The notes under the pieces were generated by a model that did no database searches, had not been told where the DNA came from, and saw only the letters and a program-made list of their open reading frames with translations. Below, piece after piece: positions 27,101-38,974 of a stretch of 64,000 nucleotides of DNA; positions within the stretch are counted from its first letter, which is position 1, and each line of letters opens with the position of its first letter. Both the position numbers and the translations under genes were made by a program. The stretch lies in NCBI GenBank assembly GCA_002269645.1, contig NIVC01002322.1, forward strand, positions 120,137 through 184,136, read 5' to 3'. The stretch is from Macrostomum lignano (lineage: Eukaryota).

Positions 27101-29656
27101 AGGCGAAGCCGCTGACCATCGAGCACCTCAAGAGCATCCATCAGCAGCTCCCGCGCTCCATCTCAAGCGCAGATCTCAGGGCCGCCTTCTGGGCGGCTCT
27201 TCTGGTGGGCTGGTGGGGCATGTTGCGCCTTGGCGACTTCCTATCGACCCGCGGCAGCCGCTCTGTCTCGCGGGCCTGCCTGTCGGCTTCATCTGGCTGC
27301 TGGAAGTTGGCCCTCCCTAAGTCCAAGACCAACCAGTTCGGGTCGACGCCGCATGTCGTTCTTCTGCCACCTGTTCAAGAGTCACCGCTCTGCCCTGTGC
27401 GCGCCCTGCGGTCTCACCTGCACCTGTCACCAACCAGCGACCCAAAGGCGCCACTCTTTGGCTACGGCCTCAGAGGCGAGCTCTCAGCCAGCCAGTTCAT
27501 CAGCTGTCTTCGTGCGTGTCTGGCTGCGTGCGGCCTTCCAGCTGCCGGTTTCTCCGGCCACAGCATCCGACGTGGGGGTGCCAGTTTCTGCCATCAAATC
27601 GGCTTGTCAGAATCGGACGTTCGGGCTCTTGGGGTCTGGAGATCGGACGCTGTTCTCCGCTACTTTTCTGCCAGCTCTGCCCTGTCGCGCCGCCAGCGCT
27701 CTGCTTCTTTCATGGCTTCGCAGCTGCAGGCTGCGTCCACCTGACTGCCTTCCCGCTTTTACTCCTTCCCTTCCCCATCATTGGGGTTGGGATCCGCTTT
27801 CTCGGCCGCTGCCTGCTTTTCGCAACTGACTTTGTCTCGTTTGGCTCCTTCCGGCGTGTTTAATGCAATCGTTACTCTCTGAGTAAGGGGTGTTAGACGC
27901 GCCGGAGGGTGCCGCTGTACATGTCGCTGTACTTTGGCGGGGGGTTGAGGTGTGGGGGTGTTGGCCGCGCCGGCCAGCTTAAAGCCTCTGCACCCGGCCC
28001 GGCTTGGCTCCGCCGCCATTTCTCAATTTTTTTATCTCCTTTTTACGAACCAATAAATATTAACTCGTTTAAACTAATAAATAAACGCTTCGCTTGATCC
28101 GCTGGGATCCGCTTTCTCGGCCGCTGCCTGCTTTTCGCAACTGACTTTGTCTCGTTTGGCTCCTTCCGGCGTGTTTAAATGAAATTTAATCGTTAGAACA
28201 GAGAGGTTGGCTTCCGTTAGTTCATTGAGGCTGGCTTTCCGTCATTGAGGTTGGTTTCCGTTTGGTCATAGAGGTTGGTTTCTGTTTGGTCATTGAGGTT
28301 GGTTTCCGTTTGATCATAGAGGTTAGTTTCTGTTTGGTCATAGAGGTTGGTTTCCGTTTGGTCATAGAGGTTGGTTTCTGTTTGGTCATTGAGGTTGGTT
28401 TCCGTTTGGTCATAGAGGTTGGTTTCTGTTTGGTCATTGAGGTTGGTTTCCGTTTGATCATAGAGGTTGGTTTCTGTTTGGTCATTGAGGTTGGTTTCCG
28501 TTTGATCATAGAGGTTGGTTTCTGTTTGGTCATTGGGATTGGTTTCCATCGGTTTTATCGAAGTTGGGTTCCATGAAGGTCATTGGCGTTGATTACCATT
28601 GAGGTTAGATTCCACAGGGTCATTCCAACGTTTTCATACGAGCTAGATGTCATTGAGATTGGTTTCTGTTGGTCATTGATTTGGGCTACCATCGGTACAT
28701 TGGAATCATATTCTCAAGGGTCATTAGAGCTGCCTACCAAGCTCCCACTCCCCACCAAACTTACATCCTGTTGTACTCGCAGAACATCAGGAATTTGTTA
28801 GTGGCGCACTCCGCAATGGCGCAGCCAACCTCGGACACCGCGGCGCCCACCAGCTGAATGTAGTGCCCGCACTGCTTCAAGTTCAGCGAGTTGCTCAGGT
28901 CGCAAGCTTTTCTCGGGTAGTCGTAGGCCAATTTCTCCATGAAGAAGAAGGTCAGGATGTCGGTCAGGTTGGTCCGAAAGCCTTGGTAGATGTTCTCGCC
29001 CAAGTTCTGATATGGTCCGTTGTAGTTGTGCTCGAATACACAGCGATTGGCCGCCTGCTGAGCCAGCTCTTCCAGGTAGGGGTTCCACGTCTGGGGTGTT
29101 GAAGGAGAGAGGCCATGTACATTGGGGAAAGGTGTTGGAGAAGAGAGGCCATGTACATTGGGGGTAAGGGTTTTGGAGAAGAGAGAACTGTACATTGGGA
29201 GTAAGGGTGTTGGGAAAGAGAGGCCATGTACATTGAGGTAAGGGTGTTGGAGGAGAGAGGCCATGTACATTGGGGAAAGGGTGTTGGAGGAGAGAGGCCA
29301 TTAACATTTGGGTAAGGGTGTTAGACGAGAGAGGCAATGTACATTGGGGTAAGGGTGTTAGACGAGAGAGGCAATGTACATTGGGGTAAGGGTGCTGGAG
29401 AAGAGAGGCCATGCATTGTTGTACGCTCGAACGCACACCTGGGGTAGGGAAGCAAAGATAATCGAAAAAGATCAGAAAAAGCCAACTTTACCAGAAAGTT
29501 CATGTCAGCAGCGGAGGGTGAGACGGAGCGCCTAAGGCGGTTGTGCGTGTCGAGAGCTTCGGTTTTCTGGGCTGGCGTCAGCACGAGGCCACTGGCGCCC
29601 ACAGTGAGCGGCAGGCATAGCAGGAATAAAAGCGCGTGACAGCGCTCCAGCTGCAT
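18146..29656 (-). CDS. 7-exon gene: signal peptide-CAP(SCP)-hinge-EGF-EGF-unassigned (SEA-like?) domain-RKKR-GPI-type tail, 505 aa. Exons 29656-29492, 29090-28765, 22839-22703, 22571-22458, 21730-21477, 19424-19142, 18384-18146
   Basis: All introns are GT-AG and the phases are consistent (0,2,1,1,0,1; total 1518 nt). CAP motifs [31 protein letters not shown]; hinge [11 protein letters not shown]...CLNGLC; EGF motifs [15 protein letters not shown] and CLNGG...[13 protein letters not shown]; hydrophobic C-terminus [16 protein letters not shown]. Confidence 0.85.
18440..19095. repeat. 17-bp C-rich intronic minisatellite (ctgcacccacc[t/c]cactc)n
   Basis: Reverse complement of the 12970-13378 unit, more degenerate. 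Confidence 0.9.
19490..21382. repeat. ~34-bp intronic minisatellite (catttccggtccc[aacctaaag/atcctgcag]catccgctccct)n
   Basis: Roughly 55 tandem units with two or three interchanging variants. Confidence 0.95.
21810..22425. repeat. 18-bp polypyrimidine/polypurine satellite (ccccatctccctctcctt)n
   Basis: Direct reading. Confidence 0.95.
22870..23765. repeat. 37-38-bp minisatellite (ccccgatgtacatggcctctcttctccaacacccttac)n
   Basis: Direct reading; an inverted relative lies at 29091-29415. Confidence 0.95.
24021..25136 (+). pseudogene. gag-like ORF1 (N-terminal SAP domain, C-terminal CCCH/CCHC Zn fingers) with 3 in-frame stops
   Basis: ccgccATG start; SAP pattern [28 protein letters not shown]; [29 protein letters not shown]; stops at 24597 (TAG), 24792 (TGA) and 25029 (TAA); terminal TGA 25134-25136. 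Confidence 0.85.
25136..26668 (+). pseudogene. Reverse transcriptase-RNase H (DIRS/Ngaro type), frameshifted
   Basis: [27 protein letters not shown] (YLDD position), DFLG; RNase H ETDSS, NFKEAL, YTDS, then HLPG...ADAASR in another frame after ~26490. A further frame change lies near 25270-25290. Confidence 0.9.
26788..27744 (+). CDS. Tyrosine recombinase (phage-integrase family) of the Ngaro element
   Basis: Catalytic set present: MLR (R), SKT (K), GHSIRRGG (HxxR), GVWRS (W), LRY (Y); also LCPVRAL. No ATG start; the 5' end is uncertain. Confidence 0.92.
   Translation: MSAGHLCRLGLADNSWRCYLSQLRSWEAFCVSAGRPSSPADGDLLCRYIAHLVSTRLRSFSSLRSYIHAVSFLHQATGAPDPAKNFTVQLALRGAKRHLGLRCKQAKPLTIEHLKSIHQQLPRSISSADLRAAFWAALLVGWWGMLRLGDFLSTRGSRSVSRACLSASSGCWKLALPKSKTNQFGSTPHVVLLPPVQESPLCPVRALRSHLHLSPTSDPKAPLFGYGLRGELSASQFISCLRACLAACGLPAAGFSGHSIRRGGASFCHQIGLSESDVRALGVWRSDAVLRYFSASSALSRRQRSASFMASQLQAAST
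28205..28545. repeat. 24-bp minisatellite (gaggttggtttc[c/t]gtttggtcat[a/t])n
   Basis: Direct reading; lies just beyond the Ngaro right end. Confidence 0.9.
29091..29415. repeat. 37-38-bp minisatellite, inverted relative of 22870-23765
   Basis: Plus strand ggagaagagaggccatgtacattgggg..taagggtgtt is the reverse complement of the unit at 22870. Confidence 0.9.
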
Positions 29657-29770
29657 CTCTACTAATTTTCTAGCTTATCTGCAATGAACAGCATTGGAAA
29701 ATGAGGAAAAGTTGGGTAATTATTTAATTTATTGAATGACTACTTGATTGATTGATTGGTTGACTGATAT

Positions 29771-29856
<86 letters not shown>

Positions 29857-30577
29857 GTAGGTTACCTGTATTGCAGCTCTTTAAAGCTCCTCAGACGGGA
29901 TGGGCTGCTCAACCCCATTCTCAGCGATATTTATCATGCAGGCTGGAGCTTTCATGAATGGTTGCTCAGTTGCCATGGCAACACACCTCACTTACCCAGC
30001 TTCCTGCTTCTCTCCCGCATATGCCCAGCTGCTTGTTTCTTCTGCCTCAGGTTCTTGCATTTGCACTTAATCCCAAGGCGAAGTGCTTGGCAAGATTTTT
30101 TATTCGATACTTTTCTGACTTCGTTTGAATTTTTGAGCGACTACGCTCGTAATCCTGCCTGCTACTCCAAGCAGATGAAGGCAGCTTTAGATACAGAAAA
30201 GTACAATAACAGAAAGATGAGATGAGAATTCTTGTTTGACAAGGTGAGGCAAAAGGAGAATAATAAAACTGTACCAGACTTGCGATGCTGTTTGCTTTCG
30301 CATCTGGTTGCCATGGGTAACCATTTCCTAGCATTGCTTGAGCAGGTAGCTGAGCAAGCAGCCTCTGTTCCCGGCTGGTCTGGCAGGTGTGAAGGAAATG
30401 ATTTCTCAGAGGCTGCAGCTGCTGCTATCGCTATGGTGAAGGAAGTTTTGTCTGAGCTCGGCTGCTCCGGTGTGTCAACAAATGATTGGCATTTTTTAAA
30501 CCCCTTTCTCCTTTAGCTAGTCTTGGGTAAATAAGCCTAGCTTGGACTGCATTGATTAGTTAGTTAGTTAGTTAATC

Positions 30578-30656
<79 letters not shown>

Positions 30657-30657
30657 A

Positions 30658-30729
<72 letters not shown>

Positions 30730-31234
30730 GATTAGTTACTAAGAAGGGGGCGAGCAGGAGCAGACAGGCAGCTTCTTCACAGTGGATGTTTTTAGATGTT
30801 TTCTACCTGTCAATCAAATTCGCCATATGCCCCGCAATTTTCCCTCAGCATACAGTTTCTTCTTGAAAGCAGAAACTGAGGTACGGAAACGCCTGGAAGG
30901 GCTTTCACTTTCCAGCTGAGCAAGCGAAATTTACAAGCCTCGCCTCTGAGCTTCATCTGAGTTTTTCTTAAGTGGCTGGGCGCCCCGGCTACAATTTCTC
31001 ACGTGTTGTCAATGAAAACGAAGTGGCCTATTCTTTCGTAGAAAGTTGTACGGCGAAACAAAGTATAATTGAATAATCGATTCTACAGGGCTCTGTAACG
31101 GATTTCCATCTGCGTGGACTGCTCATAGTGCTGCATTCATTCTCTCATGAAGTAATGAACTCTTGTGAACATTATAATCAACTTTCTGGTATAATCTCTC
31201 ATGACTTCAGTCATGAACTCACTTTGATAAATCC

Positions 31235-32710
31235 ATTTATGAACTCACTCATGAACTCACTCATGAACTCACTCATAAACTCACTCATGAACTCACTCAT
31301 GAACTCACTCATGAACTCACTCATAAACTCACTCATGAACTCACTCATAAACTCACTCATAAACTCACTCATGAACTCACTCATGAACTCACTCATAAAC
31401 TCACTCATGAACTCACTCATAAACTCACCCATAAACCCACTCATTAACTCACTTATGAACACACTCATAGTAAACTCCTGTCTTTCTAACTATTCAGGAC
31501 AAATAATGCGCATTTAATTTCTTTTAGACTACTGCTGAACAGTAGCAGATTGAGCAAATTCCATTAAAAATAATGCTAGTAACTATCAATATGAATAGAG
31601 AACCCGATATAGGCTTTAGGCAACTTGAGCAAAAATTTATGCTGGTTAAACAGGTGGGCGATGTTGATGTCCTGAGGCCATTGAGGATGATGCTGAGTTC
31701 GAGCCGTCCCATGCTCACCCGCTGTTCCTGCTAATGATAGCGATCGGTGCTGATGACAGGGACTTAAGGGTGACTCAAAATCAAAATGCAAAGTTCCAAT
31801 TTCATGGCGCTGGTCAAGTCAGGCGCAATCGGGAACAGACCGGGGCTCGAAATCAGAGGGGGTGCCGCCTCGAGCTTCGGAGATGAGGGGGTGAGGTGGG
31901 TGGACAACTGACCTCCTGCTGCGTGCCCCCCCACTGTTGTCTCCGGACTTGGTCATCTTGGTCCCTGGCGCTTCACTGACTGCAGATCATGGAGTAGAGC
32001 CCCAGCCTGTAATTCTCCTGAGTTAAACTCGGCCCGTCTGTCTTGGTAAAAAGCGGCAAGCATCGCTTTATCAGTAAGCATATTAAGCTCATTAACTAGA
32101 ATTACTAATCAATCTCAGTTCATTCTCTCACTAATAAACTCACTTTCTAAATAAACTCATGAACATAAGATCATAAACTCATTAATAAAGTCACTCATGA
32201 ACTCACTCATAAACCCCATTATAAACACACTCTTAACCCCATTATAAACACACTCTTAACTCCATTAAACCCAATTATAAAAACACTCATAAAGCCAATT
32301 ACGAACTCATTGTTAAGTTCAATTATAAATGCACTCATAAACCTGATTATAAACTTACTCATAAACCTGATTATAAACTCATTCTTAAGCCCCATTGCAA
32401 ACTCACTCATAAACCCCATTATAAACACACTCTTAACCCCATTATAAACACACTCTTAACCCCATTATAAACACACTCTTAACCCCATTATAAACACACT
32501 CTTAACCCCATTATAAACACACTCTTAACCCCATTATAAACACACTCTTAACCCCATTATAAACACACTCTTAACTACATTATAAACACACTCTTAACTA
32601 CATTATGAACACACTCTTAACCCCATTATAAACACACTCTTAACCCCATTAAAAACTCACTCATAAATCCATTTATAAACTCACTCATAAACCCAATTAT
32701 AAACTCACCC
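31235..32710. repeat. 12-bp (tcatgaactcac)n at 31235-31470 and ~23-bp (cccattataaacacactcttaac)n at 32210-32710
   Basis: Direct reading. Confidence 0.85.
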
Positions 32711-33758
32711 TTAAACTCACTCACCAACTCACTCTGATTCAAAAGCTGACTAATAAGCCCAATCATTAAGTGACTCGTGAGCTCACTCACTCACTCACCA
32801 GCCGTGCCATGCCAGTCTGCCACAAGCCGCGGCAGGCAGCCCCCAACTATTCGACCCAATCGCTCGTCCCAAACTCGAATCATCATTATAGACTTCCAGA
32901 CTCGTCTCATCAAGTCTCAGCAGGCGGTCCTCGCCGCCGCGAGTCCAACGGGGGGAGGCTGGACTGGCCAGCGCGGTTTGATGAAGCTGCTCTTCGTGCG
33001 GCTTTTGATGGCCAGCTCGGGAGGAGGTCCTGGGCTCGCGTGCGACGCCGCGTCCGTCACAAAAGCTTTCGAACTGATTTTTAAACACCTTTCTTTGGTC
33101 TCGGTTTTTTCCCTTGTCTCTTCTTCTGCATGGTCATCGGCCGCTAACTGGGAGGCTGGGCCGCGCCGAACTGAGTTGATGAGGCTGGGGCAGATGGCGA
33201 ACCTGACCCGGTTAAAAAAAGTTTGTCCCAGCGGGGCGGCTGCTTCAAGGAGGCCGTGTGGAATCTTTTCGCCAAGAAATTAGAGAGCTTCAAGTGCTCG
33301 CGACTTTGATTATGATAAAGCAGGCGCATGCAGTTTTGGAGTAGATGGGAGCATAGTAGAGTTTGATGGGGGGTCGATGGAATCTCCCATTGATAATTAT
33401 CTTTAATTTTTATCCTGTTTCTCCCCTTCACTGCCTCAAGAGCTCAAAGCCAGTATGGCTAAATTTGGAAGTCAGACTCGAAGATCAGAGAGAGGGAAGA
33501 GCAAAAGGGGGGATTCTGTGCTCCCAGGTTCCGTGGAAAATTGGCTCCATCTGGCCGCTAACAGGTTCCCTCGGCCCAGCATCCCCGGGCTCCAACACCC
33601 GCCACCGGCTGAGGACGCAGCGAGCGTTTTAAGCTCGAGCTGATGGGGAGGGAAACTCGCTCATGATTTCTGGGCTATTGCGCTAATCACTGGAGTGAGG
33701 AGGTGGGGAGAGCAGGGGCTACCTGATGAAGGCGAGGGAGCGGGAACTCACTCACACA

Positions 33759-33821
<63 letters not shown>

Positions 33822-34159
33822 GCGCACATACATCTGCATGCTCGAGTTCACCCTGCAGTGCCTTGGCGATTTTTGGGAGATCCGAGCTGAGTCTTCGTCC
33901 GTCCAACTCCTCTTCCTCCTTCTAATTACTTTAGCAGCCTTGAATCGGGCCCAAATACCTGATGGGAATGTTGAGATTCGGCGAAGGGTCCAGAAGCACC
34001 TCTTGAGCGAAACCTTGCTCAGGATACGCAGTCCCCGGACCAAAGTTTTTGCGGGTGGGCTGATCCACTTGGAGATCTCATCGATCCTTATGCGTGTCCA
34101 ACTGTCTCTGCCGGGCGCCCGTGCATCAGTTTGTTGCTGCTGGACTGCACTTCTGCGTG

Positions 34160-35945
34160 TCTGCCTGTCTGTCTGTGTCTGTCCCAGTGTCTGTCTCAGT
34201 GTCTGTCCCAGTGTCTGTCTCAGTGTCTGTCCCAGTGTCTGTCCCAGTGTCTGTCCCAGTGTCTGTCCCAGTGTCTGTCTCAGTGTCTGTCTCAGTGCCT
34301 TTCCCTGTGTCTGTCTCAGTGTCTGTCCCAGTGTCTGTCTCAGTGTCTGTCCCAGTGTCTGTCCCAGTGTCTGTCTCAGTGTCTGTCCCAGTGTCTGTCC
34401 CAGTGTCTGTCCCAGTGTCTGTCCCAGTGTCTGTCTCAGTGTCTGTCTCAGTGCCTTTCCCTGTGTCTGTCTCAGTGTCTGTCCCAGTGTCTGTCTCAGT
34501 GTCTGTCCCAGTGTCTGTCCCAGTGTCTGTCCCAGTGTCTGTCCCAGTGTCTGTCCCAGTGTCTGTCCCAGTGTCTGTCTCAGTGTCTGTCCCAGTGTCT
34601 GTCCCAGTGTCTGTCCCAGTGTCTGTCCCAGTGTCTGTCTCAGTGTCTGTCTCAGTGCCTTTCCCTGTGTCTGTCTCAGTGTCTGTCCCAGTGTCTGTCT
34701 CAGTGTCTGTCCCAGTGTCTGTCCCAGTGTCTGTCCCAGTGTCTGTCCCAGTGTCTGTCTCAGTGTCTGTCCCAGTGTCTGTCCCAGTGTCTGTCCCAGT
34801 GTCTGTCCCAGTGTCTGTCTCAGTGTCTGTCTCAGTGCCTTTCCCTGTGTCTGTCTCAGTGTCTGTCCCAGTGTCTGTCTCAGTGTCTGTCCCAGTGTCT
34901 GTCCCAGTGTCTGTCTCAGTGTCTGTCCCAGTGTCTGTCCCAGTGTCTGTCCCAGTGTCTGTCCCAGTGTCTGTCTCAGTGTCTGTCTCAGTGCCTTTCC
35001 CTGTGTCTGTCTCAGTGTCTGTCCCAGTGTCTGTCTCAGTGTCTGTCCCAGTGTCTGTCCAGTGTCTGTCCCAGTGTCTGTCCCAGTGTCTGTCTCAGTG
35101 TCTGTCCCAGTGTCTGTCCCAGTGTCTGTCCCAGTGTCTGTCCCAGTGTCTGTCCCAGTGTCTGTCTCAGTGTCTGTCCCAGTGTCTGTCTCAGTGTCTG
35201 TCCCAGTGCCTGTCCCAGTGTCTGTCTCAGTGTCTGTCCCAGTGTCTGTCCCAGTGTCTGTCCCAGTGCCTGTCCCAGTGTCTGTCTCAGTGTCTGTCCC
35301 AGTGTCTGTCTCAGTGTCTGTCCCAGTGCCTGTCCCAGTGTCTGTCTCAGTGTCTGTCCCAGTGTCTGTCCCAGTGTCTGTCTCAGTGTCTGTCTCAGTG
35401 TCTGTCCCAGTGTCTGTCTCAGTGTCTGTCCCAGTGCCTGTCCCAGTGTCTGTCTCAGTGTCTGTCCCAGTGTCTGTCCCAGTGTCTGTCCCAGTGTCTG
35501 TCCCAGTGTCTGTCTCAGTGTCTGTCCCAGTGTCTGTCCCAGTGTCTGTCCCAGTGTCTGTCTCAGTGCCTGTCTCAGTGTCTGTCCCAGTGTCTGTACC
35601 AGTGTCTGTCTCAGTGCCTGTCCCAGTGTCTGTCTCAGTGTCTGTCCCAGTGTCTGTCTCAGTGTCTGTCCCAGTGTCTGTCCCAGTGTCTGTCCCAGTG
35701 TCTGTCCCAGTGTCTGTACCAGTGTCTGTCTCAGTGTCTGTCCCAGTGTCTGTCTCAGTGTCTGTCTCAGTGCCTGTCTCAGTGCCTCAGTGTCTCAGTG
35801 CCTCAGTGTCTCAGTGCCTCAGTGCCTCAGTGTCTCAGTGTCTCAGTGCCTCAGTGTCTCAGTGCCTCAGTGTCTCAGTGCCTCAGTGTCTCAGTGTCTC
35901 AGTGCCTCAGTGTCTCAGTGTCTCAGTGCCTCAGTGTCTCAGTGT
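34160..35945. repeat. 12-bp satellite (gtgtctgtc[c/t]ca)n with recurrent cctttccct variant, grading into an 8-bp unit
   Basis: Direct reading; explains the 600-760-aa SVCP/SQCL ORFs. Confidence 0.97.
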
Positions 35946-36594
35946 CCTAAAATCCATCACAAGCATTTTCTGTATCTACGCATCCCGTTGTTATAATTTT
36001 TCTATACTCTGTTTCCCACTTGATGGGGCTTCTGTCTGCTTATTTCATAATTTTTGTATCCCATATTTTGATACAAAAGCTGCCTTAAGTCTCCAGTTGC
36101 GATATCCGAGTTGATGGTGGGTCACGAGTTTGCGACTGTCAATAAAAAAACTAACAATTGCATGCACTGCAACACCTGCCTTAGGGGATCAGGTTCGCTT
36201 GGAGACTGGCGCGTGGATGGACACAGGATGCAGCTCCACTTTCGCGTGGAGATCGAGAGGCATTTTTTTCTTAGATTTTTTAAGTTTGAGGCTCACAGCT
36301 GGCTTTTGGCCAGCGGCATGGGGGGTCAGGGGGGCGCCATGTTTTGGTCATAAACTTTATTGAGTGCCGATTGCAAAACAGACAGATGGACAGACGGTAA
36401 GCATCAAATGTTGAGCATGATCTCCTGGCATTGTTGACACCTGGCTAAGGAATTGACGTCGGGATAGCAACTGAAAAAATAATTCCTAGAATAAAAACTT
36501 CTCTGACAAATGAATGGCTGTAAATGGTGTTGGATTTGGGATTTTTATAGAAATTGCCCTTAGGCTGAGAAGATTGGGTATAGAGGCGCTGTAT

Positions 36595-37240
36595 GACACA
36601 GAGTGACACAGAGTGACACAGAGTGAAACAGAGAGTGACGCAGAGAGTGACACAGAGAATGACTGATAGAGTGACACAGAGAGTGACAGTAATTCTTAGA
36701 GTGACACAGAGAGTGACAGTAGTTCTTAGAGTGACGCAGAGAGTGACACAGTGATTCTTAGAGTGACCTAGAGAGTGACACAGAGAGTGACACAGAGAGT
36801 GTCTCATAGAGTGACACAGAGAATGACAGTAATTCTTAGAGTGACACAGAGAGTGACACAGAGAGTGACACAGAGAGTGTCTCATAGAGTGACACAGAGA
36901 ATGACAGTAATTCTTAGAGTGACACAGAGAGTGACACAGAGAGTGTCTCATAGAGTGACACAGAGAATGACAGTAATTCTTAGAGTGACGCAGAGAGTGA
37001 CACAGTGATTCTTAGAGTGACCTAGAGAGTGACACAGAGAGTGACCTAGAGAGTGACACAGAGAGTGACACAGAGAGTGACACAGAGAGTGACACAGTGA
37101 TTCTTAGGGTGGCACAGAGTGACACAAGAGAGTGTCTCATCGAGTGACACAGAGAGTGACAGTGATTCCTAGAGTGACGCAGAGAGTGACACAGTGATTC
37201 TTAGAGTGACACAGAGAGTGACACACAGAGTGACACAGAG
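36595..37240. repeat. Degenerate (gacacagagagt)n satellite
   Basis: Direct reading. Confidence 0.9.
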
Positions 37241-38091
37241 CTGTGCAAGAAGCAGTGAAGCATCGCAAACAAACTCTTCCCCATCTGGTTCGAGCAGCGT
37301 CATCGCAGTTGCTGCATCCCAATATTCGCCGTGAAAGCCAACCTGCCGAGATCCCATGAGCTAATAGCCGTGAATTCCCCCTCCCATCCCATTTGCGTCC
37401 TGAGCTCGAGCAGGCTATTAGGAAGAATTGTGCGCGCTCAAAGGGAAGCGAGTGAGCCTTCTTAAGAGTCTTGAAATATTCCACTTGTTGTAATTGTTTT
37501 AGAGTCGGGACGCAGCGGGCGGTCCGTCCCATCTGCTGAAAGATTTCTCTCCAATAAACTCGTTCTGGCGGACAGCCTCACCAACACCCTCTCCGTGTTC
37601 ATGCACAGTTTTATCTGGCAAACTACTGCCTGATTAACTTTGACCGCAGTGACAATAATGCATTACCGAGGTAAGATGGAATGATATAGCACACTGCTGG
37701 ATCCAAACAGACAGATGTCAGAGGTCGGAGGAGTGCCACCTCAGTGCCCGCGGAGATCGAAATCTCTTCCAGTGGGCTGCTTGGCCACGGGCCTGCCCCG
37801 TCTCCGGGCTCAAAATCTGGGGCCCAATAAGGGGTTGCTCTTGATTCTAGTACTATAGAGATGGAAAAAGCAATTGAGGAAACAATTGGAATTTTGAGCA
37901 GGCTTTTAAAAATGGGATATTTTAAGATTTAGAAGATTCCTTATCAGCCATAACGGTTGCGCAGTGCTGAGGAGTTTGGTAGTGCTGGGGTGGCAGCAAC
38001 ATCTGCGGAGCTGTTTGCCAAGGTCCTGTCTATGGCAGCCAGCTGGGCTCTCCTGGCTGGGCGAGAGAGGTGCCGGAGAGTGACTTGCCGC

Positions 38092-38418
<327 letters not shown>

Positions 38419-38974
38419 TCAGAAAATCGAGCGACTCCGTGGTGTTTCGGCTTCTAATTCATAAACATAAATTTTTATAACTGTCCATGAAAACAATTGA
38501 ATATTTTGTTCCACAAATGAATTTATGACCCCGTCAATTATTAGAATATTTCACAATAGGATCAGGTGTTCCAAACCAAAATTTATTATCGAATGACAAA
38601 ACAGGGTGCGCTCATCTGCTATGTTTCAGACTCCACATAGGCTCACCTGCTGGACTGTAGTCTCAAATTCTTGTTTGGAATTGTGAAAAAATTCTTCCCT
38701 ATGAAGAGGTCGGCAATGCCATCCATTTATCTGGCTTGGGGCTGGACTGACAGACTTTCATTGTTTGACTTTTTGTTCAAACACCCCCTGCTCGGACATC
38801 GGATACCCGATGGTCCTGAGATTGAAGATTTTTCTAAATTATAGAATTGAGACTGAGAGCAAAGGCGGTGCTTCCAATGGGGCCGCCACCTGTCATGGCT
38901 TAAAGCAGCTTCTGTCTGACTGACCGTCTGGTCTTCAACTGGCTGTTGTGCCCTATGGACTGACTGTCAGTTCT

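Larger units (their letters stand above)
23837..28178 (+). mobile_element. Ngaro-type (DIRS order) tyrosine-recombinase retrotransposon with split direct repeats
   Basis: A1 23837-24006 matches A2 27864-28033 (170 bp, 2 mismatches); B1 27788-27863 matches B2 28103-28178 (76 bp, identical). Order is A1-gag-RT/RH-YR-B1-A2-spacer-B2; no DAM methyltransferase is seen after RNase H. Confidence 0.93.

Noticed and set aside
33838-36114. 600-760-aa ORFs (SVCP/SQCL/VSVP)
   Set aside because: They are stop-free translations of a 12-bp satellite, open in several frames at once.
36130-36363. AWMDTGCSSTF resembling a retropepsin D[ST]G motif
   Set aside because: It is a single short motif with no flanking gag/RT, second conserved GxD motif or LTRs, so it is likely chance.
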